A stretch of DNA of 64,000 nucleotides from an uncultured Acidobacteriota bacterium (GTDB lineage: Bacteria; Acidobacteriota; Terriglobia; UBA7540): contig CAWDSK010000003.1 of assembly GCA_963804995.1 (NCBI GenBank), positions 1 through 64,000 of the forward strand, given 5' to 3'. Below the pieces are notes generated by a model. The model searched no databases. It was not told the DNA's origin and saw nothing but the letters and a program-made list of their open reading frames with translations. Positions 20,979 to 31,215 of this stretch are shown piece by piece. Within the stretch, counting starts at the first letter, position 1. Each line of letters opens with the position of its first letter. The position numbers were made by a program, and so were the translations under genes.

Positions 20979-21344
20979 TCATTCCTTGCCCGGAAATTGC
21001 CTTACCGCTTCCATGCCTCGCTGGGTCGGATAAAACCAGAGGCCACTCACTTTGCCCGGATCAAAATCCACCGCGCAAGCTTCTGTACCCTCAAACACGC
21101 AGGCCTGCGCGTACCCTTCCCGGGTCAACTCCCGCAAGGCCCTGATGACCTCGGGACGAGAAACCGGGGCCGCACTCCTGGCCACCCAAGACTCCGGACG
21201 GCTGCCGGCATCCCACTCATTGATCGTCTTGAGGATAATCTCAACCGTCACGTGATCATCCGACATGGCGTCAAGAACCAGCTCAAGAATCGCCTGAAAC
21301 CGGTCTCGTACCAGGCCATCCCACCAACTATCGGCGTTTACCAC
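20979..21344 (-). CDS. Hypothetical protein, possible winged helix
   Basis: Fills the nfo-leuS gap on the same strand; EVIRALRELTREGY...TQRG pattern. Confidence 0.45.
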   Translation of the reverse strand: MVNADSWWDGLVRDRFQAILELVLDAMSDDHVTVEIILKTINEWDAGSRPESWVARSAAPVSRPEVIRALRELTREGYAQACVFEGTEACAVDFDPGKVSGLWFYPTQRGMEAVRQFPGKE

Positions 21345-22194
21345 TTGCCTCTACCCCTGCCAACCTCCGCATCATTCGCAGATTCCGCTTGTCGTCGCCC
21401 GGCTTATCCACGGGCGTCTCGCAGATGAAGGGAATGTTTTTCAGCTTCGGGTGTCGGACGATGCGGCGAAAACCCTCCGCCCCGATTTGCCCTTTGCCGA
21501 TGTGCTCATGCCGGTCGGCGTGCGAACCGAAGGCCGTCTTGGAATCGTTCGAGTGAATCACGCGTACTTTCTCTAAGCCGATCGTGGCTTCGAGTTGTTT
21601 CACGGCATCCCGCAGGCCTTCGGCAGTGTGAATGGCATAACCTGCTTCGAAACTGTGCGCGGTATCGATGCAGGCGCCCACTGGCAAGTCATTTTCCGCT
21701 CCCGTGATGATCTCCGCCACTTCCTCGAAAGTCCGCCCGATGACCGAGCCCTGCCCGGCAGTGTTCTCAATGAGGATGGTCAAGCCGTTGAGTTTCAGGC
21801 CTTTCGCCGCCAGATGGAGCGATTCGATGCACGTGCAGATTCCCGCCGCGGCGCTCGTGCCCTTGGCGCTGCCGGGATGCGTGACCAGATAATCCGCGCC
21901 CAAGGCCACCGCCCGCTTGAGTTCGCGCCGGAAAGCCGCGATCGAACGCTCCCGGATAAAAGCGTCGGCTGATGCCAGGTTAATCAGATAGTTATCGTGA
22001 ATGACCAGAGGGGAAAGCTTGTATCCCTCACGAGCCGCGCGAAAGCGCGCGCAATCGTCGGGCGTGGGATCAAGCGTGCGCCATCCCCGGGGGTTCGCGG
22101 AAAACATCTGGAAGGTGTCACAGCCAATCTTCTGTGCATGGTGCGCCGCATTCTCGATGGCTCCGGCGATCGATGTGTGTACACCCACCTTCAT
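21328..22194 (-). CDS. nfo: Endonuclease IV
   Basis: GVHTSIAG, YLINLAS, IENTAGQG, CIDTAH, HSNDSK, DRHEHIG, ETP. Confidence 0.95.
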   Translation of the reverse strand: MKVGVHTSIAGAIENAAHHAQKIGCDTFQMFSANPRGWRTLDPTPDDCARFRAAREGYKLSPLVIHDNYLINLASADAFIRERSIAAFRRELKRAVALGADYLVTHPGSAKGTSAAAGICTCIESLHLAAKGLKLNGLTILIENTAGQGSVIGRTFEEVAEIITGAENDLPVGACIDTAHSFEAGYAIHTAEGLRDAVKQLEATIGLEKVRVIHSNDSKTAFGSHADRHEHIGKGQIGAEGFRRIVRHPKLKNIPFICETPVDKPGDDKRNLRMMRRLAGVEASGKRR

Positions 22195-22261
22195 AGAAAT
22201 TTCCCCGAAGGGATAATCGTAACAGACCCGTTCGAAAGGCGTCAACGGAGGCAGGGCTGTG

Positions 22262-22350
22262 GGTAGTGGGTCAATTTGAGGTTGTAGCTGCGAGTTGACC
22301 TCGCAAAATGGCGGCGTAAAGCCGCCTCTACCTCAAATTGACGCACTACG
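22262..22350. mobile_element. MITE-like element with GGTAGTG-N6-TTTG termini and REP-like core (copy 1)
   Basis: GTAGTGGGTCAATTTGAGGT / ACCTCAAATTGACGCACTAC (19/20 IR); no target duplication visible. Confidence 0.7.
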
Positions 22351-22486
22351 CAAGATTTTCAAGGCTTGCGGATGCCGAGGAATTATACAAGAATGCTCCC
22401 GTCGTAAAACGACAGGGATTGTGGCTCGACCCAAAATGCAGTCAACTTTGAGCTGCCGAAATTTCTATCAAACTTGAGGAACCTAA

Positions 22487-24199
22487 ATGCGAACTGACGT
22501 GAAAACCTGCTGCCTTAAAGCTCGCTTGGCTTGCCCTCTGTTGCTGGTGTTTATCGTGGGAATAGGAGTCGCAAGGTTAGGAGTGGCGGCGGACAACTCC
22601 GGCCCGAAGTTTGAGGTGTCATTCCCTGCCTCCGTGCACGCGCAACCCATCACGGGGCGCATTCTAGTACTGATCGGGCGCGATCCTGGCAAGGAGCCGC
22701 GTCTCCAACTCGGGTGGCCGGGTGATGCCCCCGCCGTCTTCGGGATCGACGTCGACCAACTCAAACCGGGCGCTCAGGCGATGGTTGATGGGCGCAGTTC
22801 CAGTTCTCCCTTTGCCAGTCTGAACGATCTGCCTGCGGGTGACTACTACGTTCAGGCGCTGCTGAACGTTTACACGGAGTTCCGCCGCTCTGACGGCCAT
22901 GTCGTTTGGGCCCACATGGATCAGTGGGAGGGCCAGCAGGTCAATCGCTCACCCGGCAACTTGTACAGCCCGCCACAGAAGCTTCACGTCGACCCGCACG
23001 CAGGATTTGATTACAAGCTGGAGATGACCCAGGTTATTCCGCCCGTCCAGGTTCCGCCCGACACTGCGTGGGTAAAGCGCCTTAAGATCCAGAGCAAGCT
23101 GCTGACCGAATTCTGGGGACACCCTATTTACCTGGGGGCGACCATTCTTCTTCCCAGGGGATACGCCGATCATCCCGATGTGTATTATCCTGTTATCTAT
23201 ATTCAAAACCACTTTAACCTGACCCCTCCTTTCGGCTTTCGCAGCGCGCCGCCCGGCTCCGAGGGTCACGGACCGTCCGATCGCAGCGGCTATGGTTTCT
23301 ACGAAGCCTGGAATTCTCCGGATTTTCCCCGCTTCATTGCAGTGACCTTTCAGCATCCCACGCCGTTTTACGATGATTCCTATGCCGTCAACTCCGCCAA
23401 TAACGGTCCGTACGGGGATGCCCTGCTGACGGAGCTGATCCCCTATATCGAGGAGCACTTCCGCATCATCCGCAAGCCTTATGCGCGGGTTCTGACCGGC
23501 GGATCGACTGGCGGCTGGGAATCCCTGGCCTTGCAGGTTTATCACCCGGATTTCTTTGGCGGCACCTGGACCTTTTACCCTGACCCGGTGGATTTTCGGC
23601 GTTACGGCTTGAACAACATTTACGAGGATGAGAACGCCTTCGTCGAGCCGGGACATTCCTGGATCCCGCCCAAGCGCTATCTCGATCGCAGGCCTTACGG
23701 CCAGCCCGTAATTACCACGGAAGACTTCAGCCACTACGAGGCCGTCTTGGGCAGTCATGACAGGTCACAGGACCAGTTGGCGGCGTGGGAAGCAGCCTAT
23801 GGTCCCGTTGCCGAGGACGGCTATCCCAAGCCGGTTTGGGACAAAACCACAGGCGTGATCGACCATTCCGTGGCGCTCTATATGCGCGATCACGGATACG
23901 ATTTGAGGTATTACCTGGAGACGAATTGGGCGAAGCTTGGCCCTCAACTGGTGGGAAAGCTTCACCTCTACTGCGGCGACATGGATAGCTTCTACCTCAA
24001 CCTCGCGGTTTACCTGCTGGAGGACTTCCTTAAGGACACCAAGGATCCGTTCTACGCAGGCTCTTTCGAATACGGGCGCCCCATGAAAGGTCATGGGTGG
24101 ATGCCCATGAACGCCCGGGACCTGGTACTTATGATGGAAGGCTCCATCACCCGCAATGCACCGCCTGGTGAGGATACACAAGCTTGGCATTACCACTAA
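22487..24199 (+). CDS. Secreted putative esterase (alpha/beta hydrolase)
   Basis: Signal peptide, GGSTGGW nucleophile elbow, NSANNGPYGDAL. Confidence 0.85.
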   Translation: MRTDVKTCCLKARLACPLLLVFIVGIGVARLGVAADNSGPKFEVSFPASVHAQPITGRILVLIGRDPGKEPRLQLGWPGDAPAVFGIDVDQLKPGAQAMVDGRSSSSPFASLNDLPAGDYYVQALLNVYTEFRRSDGHVVWAHMDQWEGQQVNRSPGNLYSPPQKLHVDPHAGFDYKLEMTQVIPPVQVPPDTAWVKRLKIQSKLLTEFWGHPIYLGATILLPRGYADHPDVYYPVIYIQNHFNLTPPFGFRSAPPGSEGHGPSDRSGYGFYEAWNSPDFPRFIAVTFQHPTPFYDDSYAVNSANNGPYGDALLTELIPYIEEHFRIIRKPYARVLTGGSTGGWESLALQVYHPDFFGGTWTFYPDPVDFRRYGLNNIYEDENAFVEPGHSWIPPKRYLDRRPYGQPVITTEDFSHYEAVLGSHDRSQDQLAAWEAAYGPVAEDGYPKPVWDKTTGVIDHSVALYMRDHGYDLRYYLETNWAKLGPQLVGKLHLYCGDMDSFYLNLAVYLLEDFLKDTKDPFYAGSFEYGRPMKGHGWMPMNARDLVLMMEGSITRNAPPGEDTQAWHYH

Positions 24200-24215
24200 A
24201 TCCTGTGAGGTCATC

Positions 24216-25577
24216 ATGGAACCTTTTCGTTATCACGTTTTTATTTGTGACCAGAAAAAGCCGGAGGGAGTTCTCTGCTGCGCGGCACGGGGGTCGGCGG
24301 CAACCATCGACGCATTGCGCAAGGAAGTGGCGGCGCGGGGACTGATGGACGCGGTTCAAATCACCCTGTGCGGATCGTTGGGTGTGTGCGAGCGCGGTCC
24401 CAACCTGGTGGTCTACCCGGAAGGCGTCTGGTACTCCGGGGTGCGAGCTGAGGACGTACCGGAACTCGTTGAGCAGCACTTCGTTCAGGGTCGCGTCGTG
24501 GAGCGCTTGGTGAATCGCGATGCGGACGCCCTGCGCGCGGAAATCCAATTGAACCGGGGGAAGATGCTGGCAGCGCAACGTGCCAAAGACGCTGCGGGAG
24601 TGCTTCCCGACGACCTCAATATGACGATCCGCGGGTATCAGGAAAGCCGCGTGATGCTGACGGCGCTCGAACTCAACGTTTTCACGGCCGTGGGCGGAGG
24701 CGGTACCGCCGGAGAGGTTGCGCAGAAGGTCTCGACTGACCCGCGCTCCACTGAAATGTTGCTGAACGCGCTGGTGGCGATGGGATTGCTCACCAAGCAG
24801 CAGGATGTTTATCGCAACACGCCTGCCGCCGCTCGATATTTTGCGGAAGGGTCGAAGGACAACGCCCGCCCCGGACTGATCCACGTCGCGAATATCTGGC
24901 ACCGCTGGTCGACGCTCACGGACGCGGTCCGCGCTGGTACCGCCGTCCGTCACCAGGAGATGGGTGAGCGCGGTGACGACTGGACACGGCCCTTTATCGC
25001 AGCCATGCATCGCAACGCTGCGGAACGCGCGCCGCTGGTCGTCGAGACCGTCGGTACCAGCGGAGTCGAGCGCTTGCTCGATGTGGGCGGCGGATCGGCG
25101 GCCTACTCCATCGCCTTCGCCAAAGCCAACGAGCGGCTGCACGCAACAGTATTCGACCTGCCCGCCGTTCTCCCTATAGCGCAGGGCCACATCGATGAAG
25201 CCGGCCTCACTGCCCGCGTGGAAACGCGTGCCGGGGATCTGCGCCGCGACCAATTCGGCAAGGACTTCAACCTGGTTCTGGTTTCCGCCATCTGCCATAT
25301 GCTCGGCCCCGTTGAGAATCAAGACCTGCTGCGGCGATGTTTCGAAGCGCTCGCGCCCCAGGGCCGCCTGGTGATTCAGGACTTCATTCTGGAATCCGAC
25401 AAGACTGCGCCCAAACAAGCTGCGCTCTTTGCCCTGAACATGCTGGTCGGGACGCCCGCGGGCAGCACTTACAGCGCGGAGGAGTACACCGCCTGGCTTC
25501 AGACAGCAGGATTCCAGGAGGTGCGGCACACCCGCTTGCCCGGACCCTCCAGCCTGATGGTGGGCACACGTGCTTAA
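24216..25577 (+). CDS. Thioredoxin-like [2Fe-2S] ferredoxin fused to a SAM-dependent O-methyltransferase-type domain
   Basis: HVFIC...CC...SLGVCERGPNLVVYPEGVWY, then dimerisation helix-turn-helix and LLDVGGGSA motif I. Confidence 0.85.
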   Translation: MEPFRYHVFICDQKKPEGVLCCAARGSAATIDALRKEVAARGLMDAVQITLCGSLGVCERGPNLVVYPEGVWYSGVRAEDVPELVEQHFVQGRVVERLVNRDADALRAEIQLNRGKMLAAQRAKDAAGVLPDDLNMTIRGYQESRVMLTALELNVFTAVGGGGTAGEVAQKVSTDPRSTEMLLNALVAMGLLTKQQDVYRNTPAAARYFAEGSKDNARPGLIHVANIWHRWSTLTDAVRAGTAVRHQEMGERGDDWTRPFIAAMHRNAAERAPLVVETVGTSGVERLLDVGGGSAAYSIAFAKANERLHATVFDLPAVLPIAQGHIDEAGLTARVETRAGDLRRDQFGKDFNLVLVSAICHMLGPVENQDLLRRCFEALAPQGRLVIQDFILESDKTAPKQAALFALNMLVGTPAGSTYSAEEYTAWLQTAGFQEVRHTRLPGPSSLMVGTRA

Positions 25578-25843
25578 ACTCCTCGCGTCTGAAGGGTCGC
25601 CCGCGCCGCCTTCTCGATCGCCGACAGCAGTGCCTCCCGCACTTTCCTGGTGGGAGCGGGCGCCTTGCGCACTCGATACTGTCGACACGCTTCCACTGTA
25701 GTCTTCAGGCTTTCGAGATAAGCGATGCAGGGCGTGCAGCCCTTCAGGTGGCGCTCCAGCTCGCGGCAATTCTTCACCGTCAGTTCGGCATCCAAGTATT
25801 CGCTGAGCATCGCGAAGATATGCTTGCAACGGCGGTCAGGCAT
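25574..25843 (-). CDS. Soluble zinc-finger anti-sigma factor
   Basis: LSEYLDAEL...HLKGCTPC. Confidence 0.85.
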   Translation of the reverse strand: MPDRRCKHIFAMLSEYLDAELTVKNCRELERHLKGCTPCIAYLESLKTTVEACRQYRVRKAPAPTRKVREALLSAIEKAARATLQTRGV

Positions 25844-25877
25844 GAAGTTTCTTTGCTCCTATTTTGGGACGTCGAAC

Positions 25878-26447
25878 CTAACCCGCCACAGCATTCCGCA
25901 CGAAGACGCGTGCCCGGTGCAGGCGCATCTTTGCGGTTTCTGCAGAGATACCCATGACCTCAGCAACCTCCCGAGTGTCAAGTTGTTCCATATCGCGGAG
26001 GATTAACACCAACCGGTAATGCTTGGGGAGGGCAAGGATGGCATCCTCCAACCTCCCACGCAATTCCTGGTTCAGGAGAATCTCTTCCGGAGTAATCTCC
26101 CAGGATTTCGACACCGGGTGTGAGGAACTGGAGGACTTCGGCATCAGGGCCTCCAGCGTAAGCATTTGGGCGGGGGCGAACTTGCTCTTGCGGCGGCCCA
26201 TCAGGCACTGGGTCTTGGCCACTTTGTAAAGCCAAACGGCCAGCGCTCGCGCGTCGGGGAACTCTCGAAGTTGCCTGGCCAGGCGCAAGAGCGTTTCCTG
26301 GGCCGTGTCCTGTGCATCCTCGTGGCTTCCACAGACCTTCATTCCAAATCCGTAAACGACCCCTTGTAAGGTTTCGAGCGCGCGTTCCAGGTCCGGACCA
26401 TTCCCGGACTTCAGTATCTCCAGCGCTTCTTCAATTTGAGCATTCAT
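25878..26447 (-). CDS. ECF RNA polymerase sigma factor
   Basis: DAQDTAQETLL, WLYKVAK, AKMRLHRAR. Confidence 0.9.
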   Translation of the reverse strand: MNAQIEEALEILKSGNGPDLERALETLQGVVYGFGMKVCGSHEDAQDTAQETLLRLARQLREFPDARALAVWLYKVAKTQCLMGRRKSKFAPAQMLTLEALMPKSSSSSHPVSKSWEITPEEILLNQELRGRLEDAILALPKHYRLVLILRDMEQLDTREVAEVMGISAETAKMRLHRARVFVRNAVAG

Positions 26448-26907
26448 GGCGACCCAGTCTCACCAGTTCCGAGCTTTGGAGAAAAGCCCCAGAGTTTTAA
26501 GCTGACTGCCCCAGCCTACAGCGGAAGGCTTTGCGCCGCGAGCGTTTTGTGCGTACTCCGAGGGAGTTGGGGTAGATACTGTGCCTGTCCGAGGCGGAGT
26601 TCGGGGCTCGGAATCCGGGACACAGTAACAGGTGACGCGTCCTGAGTGATCAGGCCATTGAGTCGTTGAGCGATTTCGCGGTCTAGCGAATGAGTGACGG
26701 TCACGCCTCAATTGTTTCCCTGGCTCATGCTCTGTCGCCAACCCGCCGATAACCGATGTGGCGAAGTGTGTCACGGGCGCGCGGCACTCGGTCGAAGGTG
26801 TTGGTTGCTGGCACGGGCAGGGGGGGAAGCTGTCCCGGACTGCTCCAGGTTCGACCGGTTGAGAATTCCCGTCCATCTCCCGCCTTTTCATTTGCCTTGG
26901 CCCCAAA

Positions 26908-27876
26908 TTACCGCGCAATCGGTGCATTTTCTTGCAAAAACACTGCTAAATTGCCTGACATTTTGTCATCCTCCCCTTTGTTTTCATACACATCGCCGGG
27001 TCGACCTTCATTTTTAACATCTCTATGGGTCAGGGCCCCGTTGCGGACCTTAAAAAGCACGTTGGTAAGCCGCCACAATTGCCGCAGGTTGGAATCTTCC
27101 ATTCTTTGCATGAGCAGCGATTTTTCGTCCTGGGGAGCCATCAGCGCCGCGAGATTCTCCGGTGATTTCAGTTCGTCGAGCCGCTCCGCCATCCGCACGC
27201 AGGACCGGCTGTAGCTTTCCATCAGTTGCTCCAGTTGCAGGCGGGCCTGGCGGCGCGCCGCCCTCCATTTCCGCGCCCCCGCCTCCGGCTTCCCGGACCC
27301 GGAACTTTCCGTCGCCTGCCCCGGCTCCTCCTCCGACGGCTTTCCCAGGGACCGGAGAAGCACGAAGAATTCCTGCATCTCCGGATCAGGGTCATCGCCA
27401 AAGCTTTTCATAAAGGTCCGGATTTCCGCGCGCGTAGGGCCGTTGCGGCGGGCCAAGGCGGCGGCCAGGTCCTCGTAGCGTTGCAGGTTCTCATAAGCCT
27501 TAATGCGCTGGGGCCGGCCCAGGAGTTCTTGGATTTCCAGCGCGCTTTGGATACGCTTGGCGGCGAGGCCATCCTGCATGCGTTCGGCGCGCTTCATCCG
27601 CCACAGGGCGTGCCCGATGCGCTGCACCAACTCGCTCTCCAAGCCCTCGGCCAAATTATTCTCCAGGGAATCCAGGAGCTCGGCATACGCTTGCGGGTCC
27701 TCCCCCAGGGCGGTCAACGCCCCGTTCGGCGCCTTCGAATAGAACCCGTGGCGCAGATTCGCCGCAGCGGAGTTAGCCTTGCCTTCGAGCGTCACCGGAC
27801 CCCGCGTCTTCTTGCCATTGGCACGATGCGCTGCCAAGTTCTTTTCGGTCATTTCCGGTTTTTTAATCAGTGACAT
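26908..27876 (-). CDS. Hypothetical protein with N-terminal RANGKKTRGPVTLEGK...LRHG (HGGxSTG-related) motif
   Basis: 322-aa ORF with GGAGG RBS; motif recognised as a recurrent uncharacterised family. Confidence 0.7.
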   Translation of the reverse strand: MSLIKKPEMTEKNLAAHRANGKKTRGPVTLEGKANSAAANLRHGFYSKAPNGALTALGEDPQAYAELLDSLENNLAEGLESELVQRIGHALWRMKRAERMQDGLAAKRIQSALEIQELLGRPQRIKAYENLQRYEDLAAALARRNGPTRAEIRTFMKSFGDDPDPEMQEFFVLLRSLGKPSEEEPGQATESSGSGKPEAGARKWRAARRQARLQLEQLMESYSRSCVRMAERLDELKSPENLAALMAPQDEKSLLMQRMEDSNLRQLWRLTNVLFKVRNGALTHRDVKNEGRPGDVYENKGEDDKMSGNLAVFLQENAPIAR

Positions 27877-28201
27877 TGAAAACCTCCAAAGGACGGGACA
27901 CGGGATACGGGACTAGGTTCTAGGGACTGGGGGCTGGGTTCCGGGGTTCTTCCCTAGTCCCTAGCCCCAAGCACCTGGCACTCAGCGGCGAGTGCTTCAC
28001 CTTAATATTAACATTGAGTGTAGGTTTAATTGCAAGTGAAAGATGTAAGTTTGGACTACCGGTAGCCAAAATCGTACAGGAGGGGCGACTGATTGTCCCA
28101 AATCGTTCCTGCGCGCCAGCCCGGCCATTCTCATTGTTGTATTGACAGGTTGATAAAAAACGATATGATACACATCAAATCCAGGGACTGGGGTTCTTTG
28201 T

Positions 28202-28846
28202 ATGGATTGGACGCACCTGCGAAAATACCCGCGAGTATCGGTCGACCTCCCGGCCGTTTACACCCTCAACGACCGCATAATACCTACTCGCATTTTGTCT
28301 CTCGGCGGTGACGGGCTTTTCCTGGCGATTCCCGAGCCCATAGCCGTGGGCGCCAGGCTTTCGATTCGTTTCCGGCCTGCGAAACACTTTCCCCGCTTGG
28401 AGGTAATTGCAGAAGTTCGCACACTGATTCCCGGCAAAGGCATGGAGGTAGAATTCATCGAGATCGATCCCGATTATCGTCAGAAATTGATGACGCTTAT
28501 ACTTCACCGGATCGGAGATGCCCGGCAATTCCCTCGGGCCCCGCTTGTCGCACAAGTCGAGCACGAGGCAGGGATGCAAATCGGCTTTTCAAGAGATATC
28601 AGCGTGGGCGGCATGTTCATTGAGACGAAAGAGCCGGTCGCCACGGGCACGCATCTCAAAATGCGCTTTAATCTTGATGACGGTGGGCCGATCATCATCG
28701 TTGCCGGGGAGGTCTGCTACGCTGCCAGGAAAATAGGCATGGGCGTGCGTTTCCTTGACCTTCCACCTGCGGACCAGAACCGCATCCAGGTTTACCTTAC
28801 CAAGGGAGACGCCAGCGCCGGACATCGGCCGGAGACTCCCGCATAA
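28202..28846 (+). CDS. Tandem PilZ-domain protein
   Basis: RKYPR...SLGGDG and RQFPR...DISVGG motifs. Confidence 0.88.
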   Translation: MDWTHLRKYPRVSVDLPAVYTLNDRIIPTRILSLGGDGLFLAIPEPIAVGARLSIRFRPAKHFPRLEVIAEVRTLIPGKGMEVEFIEIDPDYRQKLMTLILHRIGDARQFPRAPLVAQVEHEAGMQIGFSRDISVGGMFIETKEPVATGTHLKMRFNLDDGGPIIIVAGEVCYAARKIGMGVRFLDLPPADQNRIQVYLTKGDASAGHRPETPA

Positions 28847-28943
28847 CGATTTCTCGCTCAGACAGGATAGGGCGAGCACCGGGACTTGCAATACCTATGA
28901 CGACAACATGCTCGGTGGGCAAAATGACCTAGAAGAGATCATC

Positions 28944-29126
28944 ATGCCGTACCAGACCAATATTGAACTCGCCAAAGAAAAAATGCTGCAAGCGGAGAGT
29001 GCCCTAGAGGATTACTTGCGAAGTACCGCGTACGATCCTGAACAGGCAAGACAACTCATAGATGCGGTGACAGTCGCTAGGGATGAATACATCAGCGAGG
29101 TGGCCCGCCTGTATCCAATCAGATAG
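28944..29126 (+). CDS. Small helical hypothetical protein
   Basis: 60-aa ORF between two PilZ genes on the same strand. Confidence 0.45.
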   Translation: MPYQTNIELAKEKMLQAESALEDYLRSTAYDPEQARQLIDAVTVARDEYISEVARLYPIR

Positions 29127-29157
29127 ATGCTCTGCTAAGGCGAGCCCGAGAGAAAAT

Positions 29158-29853
29158 GTGAAAATCAAAGTCATGGCGGTCGATGACGAACCCGAGGCCT
29201 TGAATTTGTTGAAGTCCCTGCTCGAAGCCAAGGGATGCGAAGTTCAAGTGATTGCGGACAGCCGCATAGCCGCAGACCGGTTGCAAAAAGAAAAAGTGGA
29301 TGGGCTGTTCTTGGATGTCTGCATGCCTCACCTGGACGGCTTTGAGCTGACTCATCTGACGCGGGCGACGAAGCTGAACCGCACAGTCCCCATTGTGATG
29401 CTCGCAGCCCTGAACGACGCACAGACCATGCGGAAAGGCTTTGACGTGGGGATCAACTTCTTCCTGGGGAAGCCCATAACGCGTGAACGTGCTTACAATC
29501 TGTTGGGAGCCACTCTAGGCCTCATGCTCAGGGAGAGGCAGCGCTATATCCGGCTTCCCTACCGGACGACGGTCGAGTGCACTTGGGGACCCCACGGGCA
29601 GGGGCACTTCAAATCCAGCAGCATGGATATCAGCCAGGAAGGAATGTCACTGAGCCCTTCCGGTGGCCTCGAAGTGGGCCAGGACGCGACGCTGCGCTTT
29701 TCCCTTCCCAACACCGCCGACCCATTGAATGTGAAGGCTCAAGTGGTTCGCGTTGTGCCACCCAACAGCATTGGGATGACGTTCTTGACGCTGGCGGCGG
29801 GCGACAAGGAAGCCATTCTGCGGTACATCGCTGCGCGTACCGAGGAAGGTTGA
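29158..29853 (+). CDS. Response-regulator receiver + PilZ domain protein
   Basis: VDDEP, FLDVCMPHLDGFEL, LGKP; RQRYIR...DISQEG. Confidence 0.88.
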   Translation: MKIKVMAVDDEPEALNLLKSLLEAKGCEVQVIADSRIAADRLQKEKVDGLFLDVCMPHLDGFELTHLTRATKLNRTVPIVMLAALNDAQTMRKGFDVGINFFLGKPITRERAYNLLGATLGLMLRERQRYIRLPYRTTVECTWGPHGQGHFKSSSMDISQEGMSLSPSGGLEVGQDATLRFSLPNTADPLNVKAQVVRVVPPNSIGMTFLTLAAGDKEAILRYIAARTEEG

Positions 29854-30029
29854 CTTGCGTGCCCATAGGCTCACCGCGCAGGGGATTCACGCCGCCAGCC
29901 GCGCATTTCCCAGGCCGGTCGCCAAATCTACCGAATCATCGCCTCCGGCGGGGAGCCACATCTGCCTTTGATTGACCGTGGGTTCGTCTGGTACAGAAGT
30001 GCCCACGGACAGAAAGGCGCTGTCCGTGG

Positions 30030-30878
30030 CTACCCGCTCACCCTCTAATTCGTCCAAAAACCTCTTGCGCTGGATGCGCTTCGTCTTTTCTTTGGGAAGG
30101 TACAGCCGTCCTTCTGCATCCATCTGCTCCATGCGTTCGCGAGACACCGCCCAGCCCTTGGCAGGCGGCTTATATCCTTTGTACTCGTAAATAAGATTAG
30201 GCCGGTACGACGGGCTGGTTATGTTGTCCAGGCGGTAGCACCGACCATTGGAATCCACGTGAGTGAATTTTGATTCGAGGTACTCGGCTTTATTCTTGCG
30301 GTACTGCCGTTGCAATCTTGCGTCGGGACTACGAGCATAGAAGAGGAGTGTATCCGTTGTTACCCCGAATCGGATCGCAGCAACGTTGGTTTCCCCGCGG
30401 CAGCCTTTCTCTTCCAAACGATCTCGGTTCGAAGGTTTTCGGGCCCAAACGTTGCGTCCATCAACAACCTAAGATAATGGCTGGCTTTCTGGTCGCAGTG
30501 TAAATAAATACTGCCAGTGGGTTTGAGGACGCGGTGAAGCTCAACGAGCCGAATCGCCATCATGACGAGATACGCCATCATGTCGTTGCGGCCCAGGAAC
30601 GCGAGCAGCGCCTGCATTAGGTCAGCGAGCTTCCGAGGTCCGCTGGTGACGATTTCCTTGTAGATGGCTTCCGGCTCCAATCCCCATTGCCACGTGTCCT
30701 CAAAAGCTGTGATCTGCGCAGCGGACTCTTCGCCGCTCTTTTCCTTGAAGAGGACGTTGTAGTTGGCGTTGGAGTTGAAAGGCGGGTCGAGGTAAATAAG
30801 GTCAACAGTTGAGTCCGCGACGTGGTCGCGGAGAATTTTCAAGTTGTTGCCAAAGTAGAGCTTGTTCTTGCCGTCCAT
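30030..30878 (-). pseudogene. Site-specific DNA adenine methyltransferase (beta class, Mod-like), frameshifted and 3'-truncated
   Basis: DLIYLDPPFNS, VLKPTGSIYLHCD, EIVWKR; stops after FLDELEG and lacks the FxGSGT SAM motif. Confidence 0.85.
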
Positions 30879-30949
30879 TTCCGCAGAGCATACCACAACC
30901 TTCGCGCCTGGCGCATCCAGACGTGCGCCCGGCAACCGCTGCTCACAGG

Positions 30950-30991
30950 CGGGCGCTGCGCGCCCCTAGGCCGAACGCCGTTCGGCCCTAC
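30950..30991. repeat. REP-like palindromes ending in CCCTAC/CCCTAG
   Basis: GGGCGCTGCGCGCCCCTAG and GGCCGAACGCCGTTCGGCCCTAC. Confidence 0.6.
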
Positions 30992-31215
30992 GATTACCCG
31001 ACCACCCTCCGGCCCCTTCCTGAACCCAGAGGGGAATACCCCCCGAGTCGGAACGCAGTTCGGGCATACACCGGCCCCCGAATCCCGAGCCCCCAATCCA
31101 AAATCCAAAATCGCGAATCGAAAATCTGCCAGCCCCTAGCCCGGCCCCCACGGGTCTACCCTCAAGCGCCTCGTGCCAGCCTTCACCCTTCAACTTTTGG
31201 CTTCCCAGGTGTCTG

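Noticed and set aside
24147..25829. 560-aa minus-strand ORF and similar long antisense ORFs (e.g. 54186-55421)
   Set aside because: Shadow frames opposite well-supported genes in high-GC DNA, with no recognisable motifs.
27975..27998. CIRCE-like CTGGCACTC-N6-GAGTGCTTC
   Set aside because: Spacer is 6 bp rather than 9 and no chaperone gene is adjacent.
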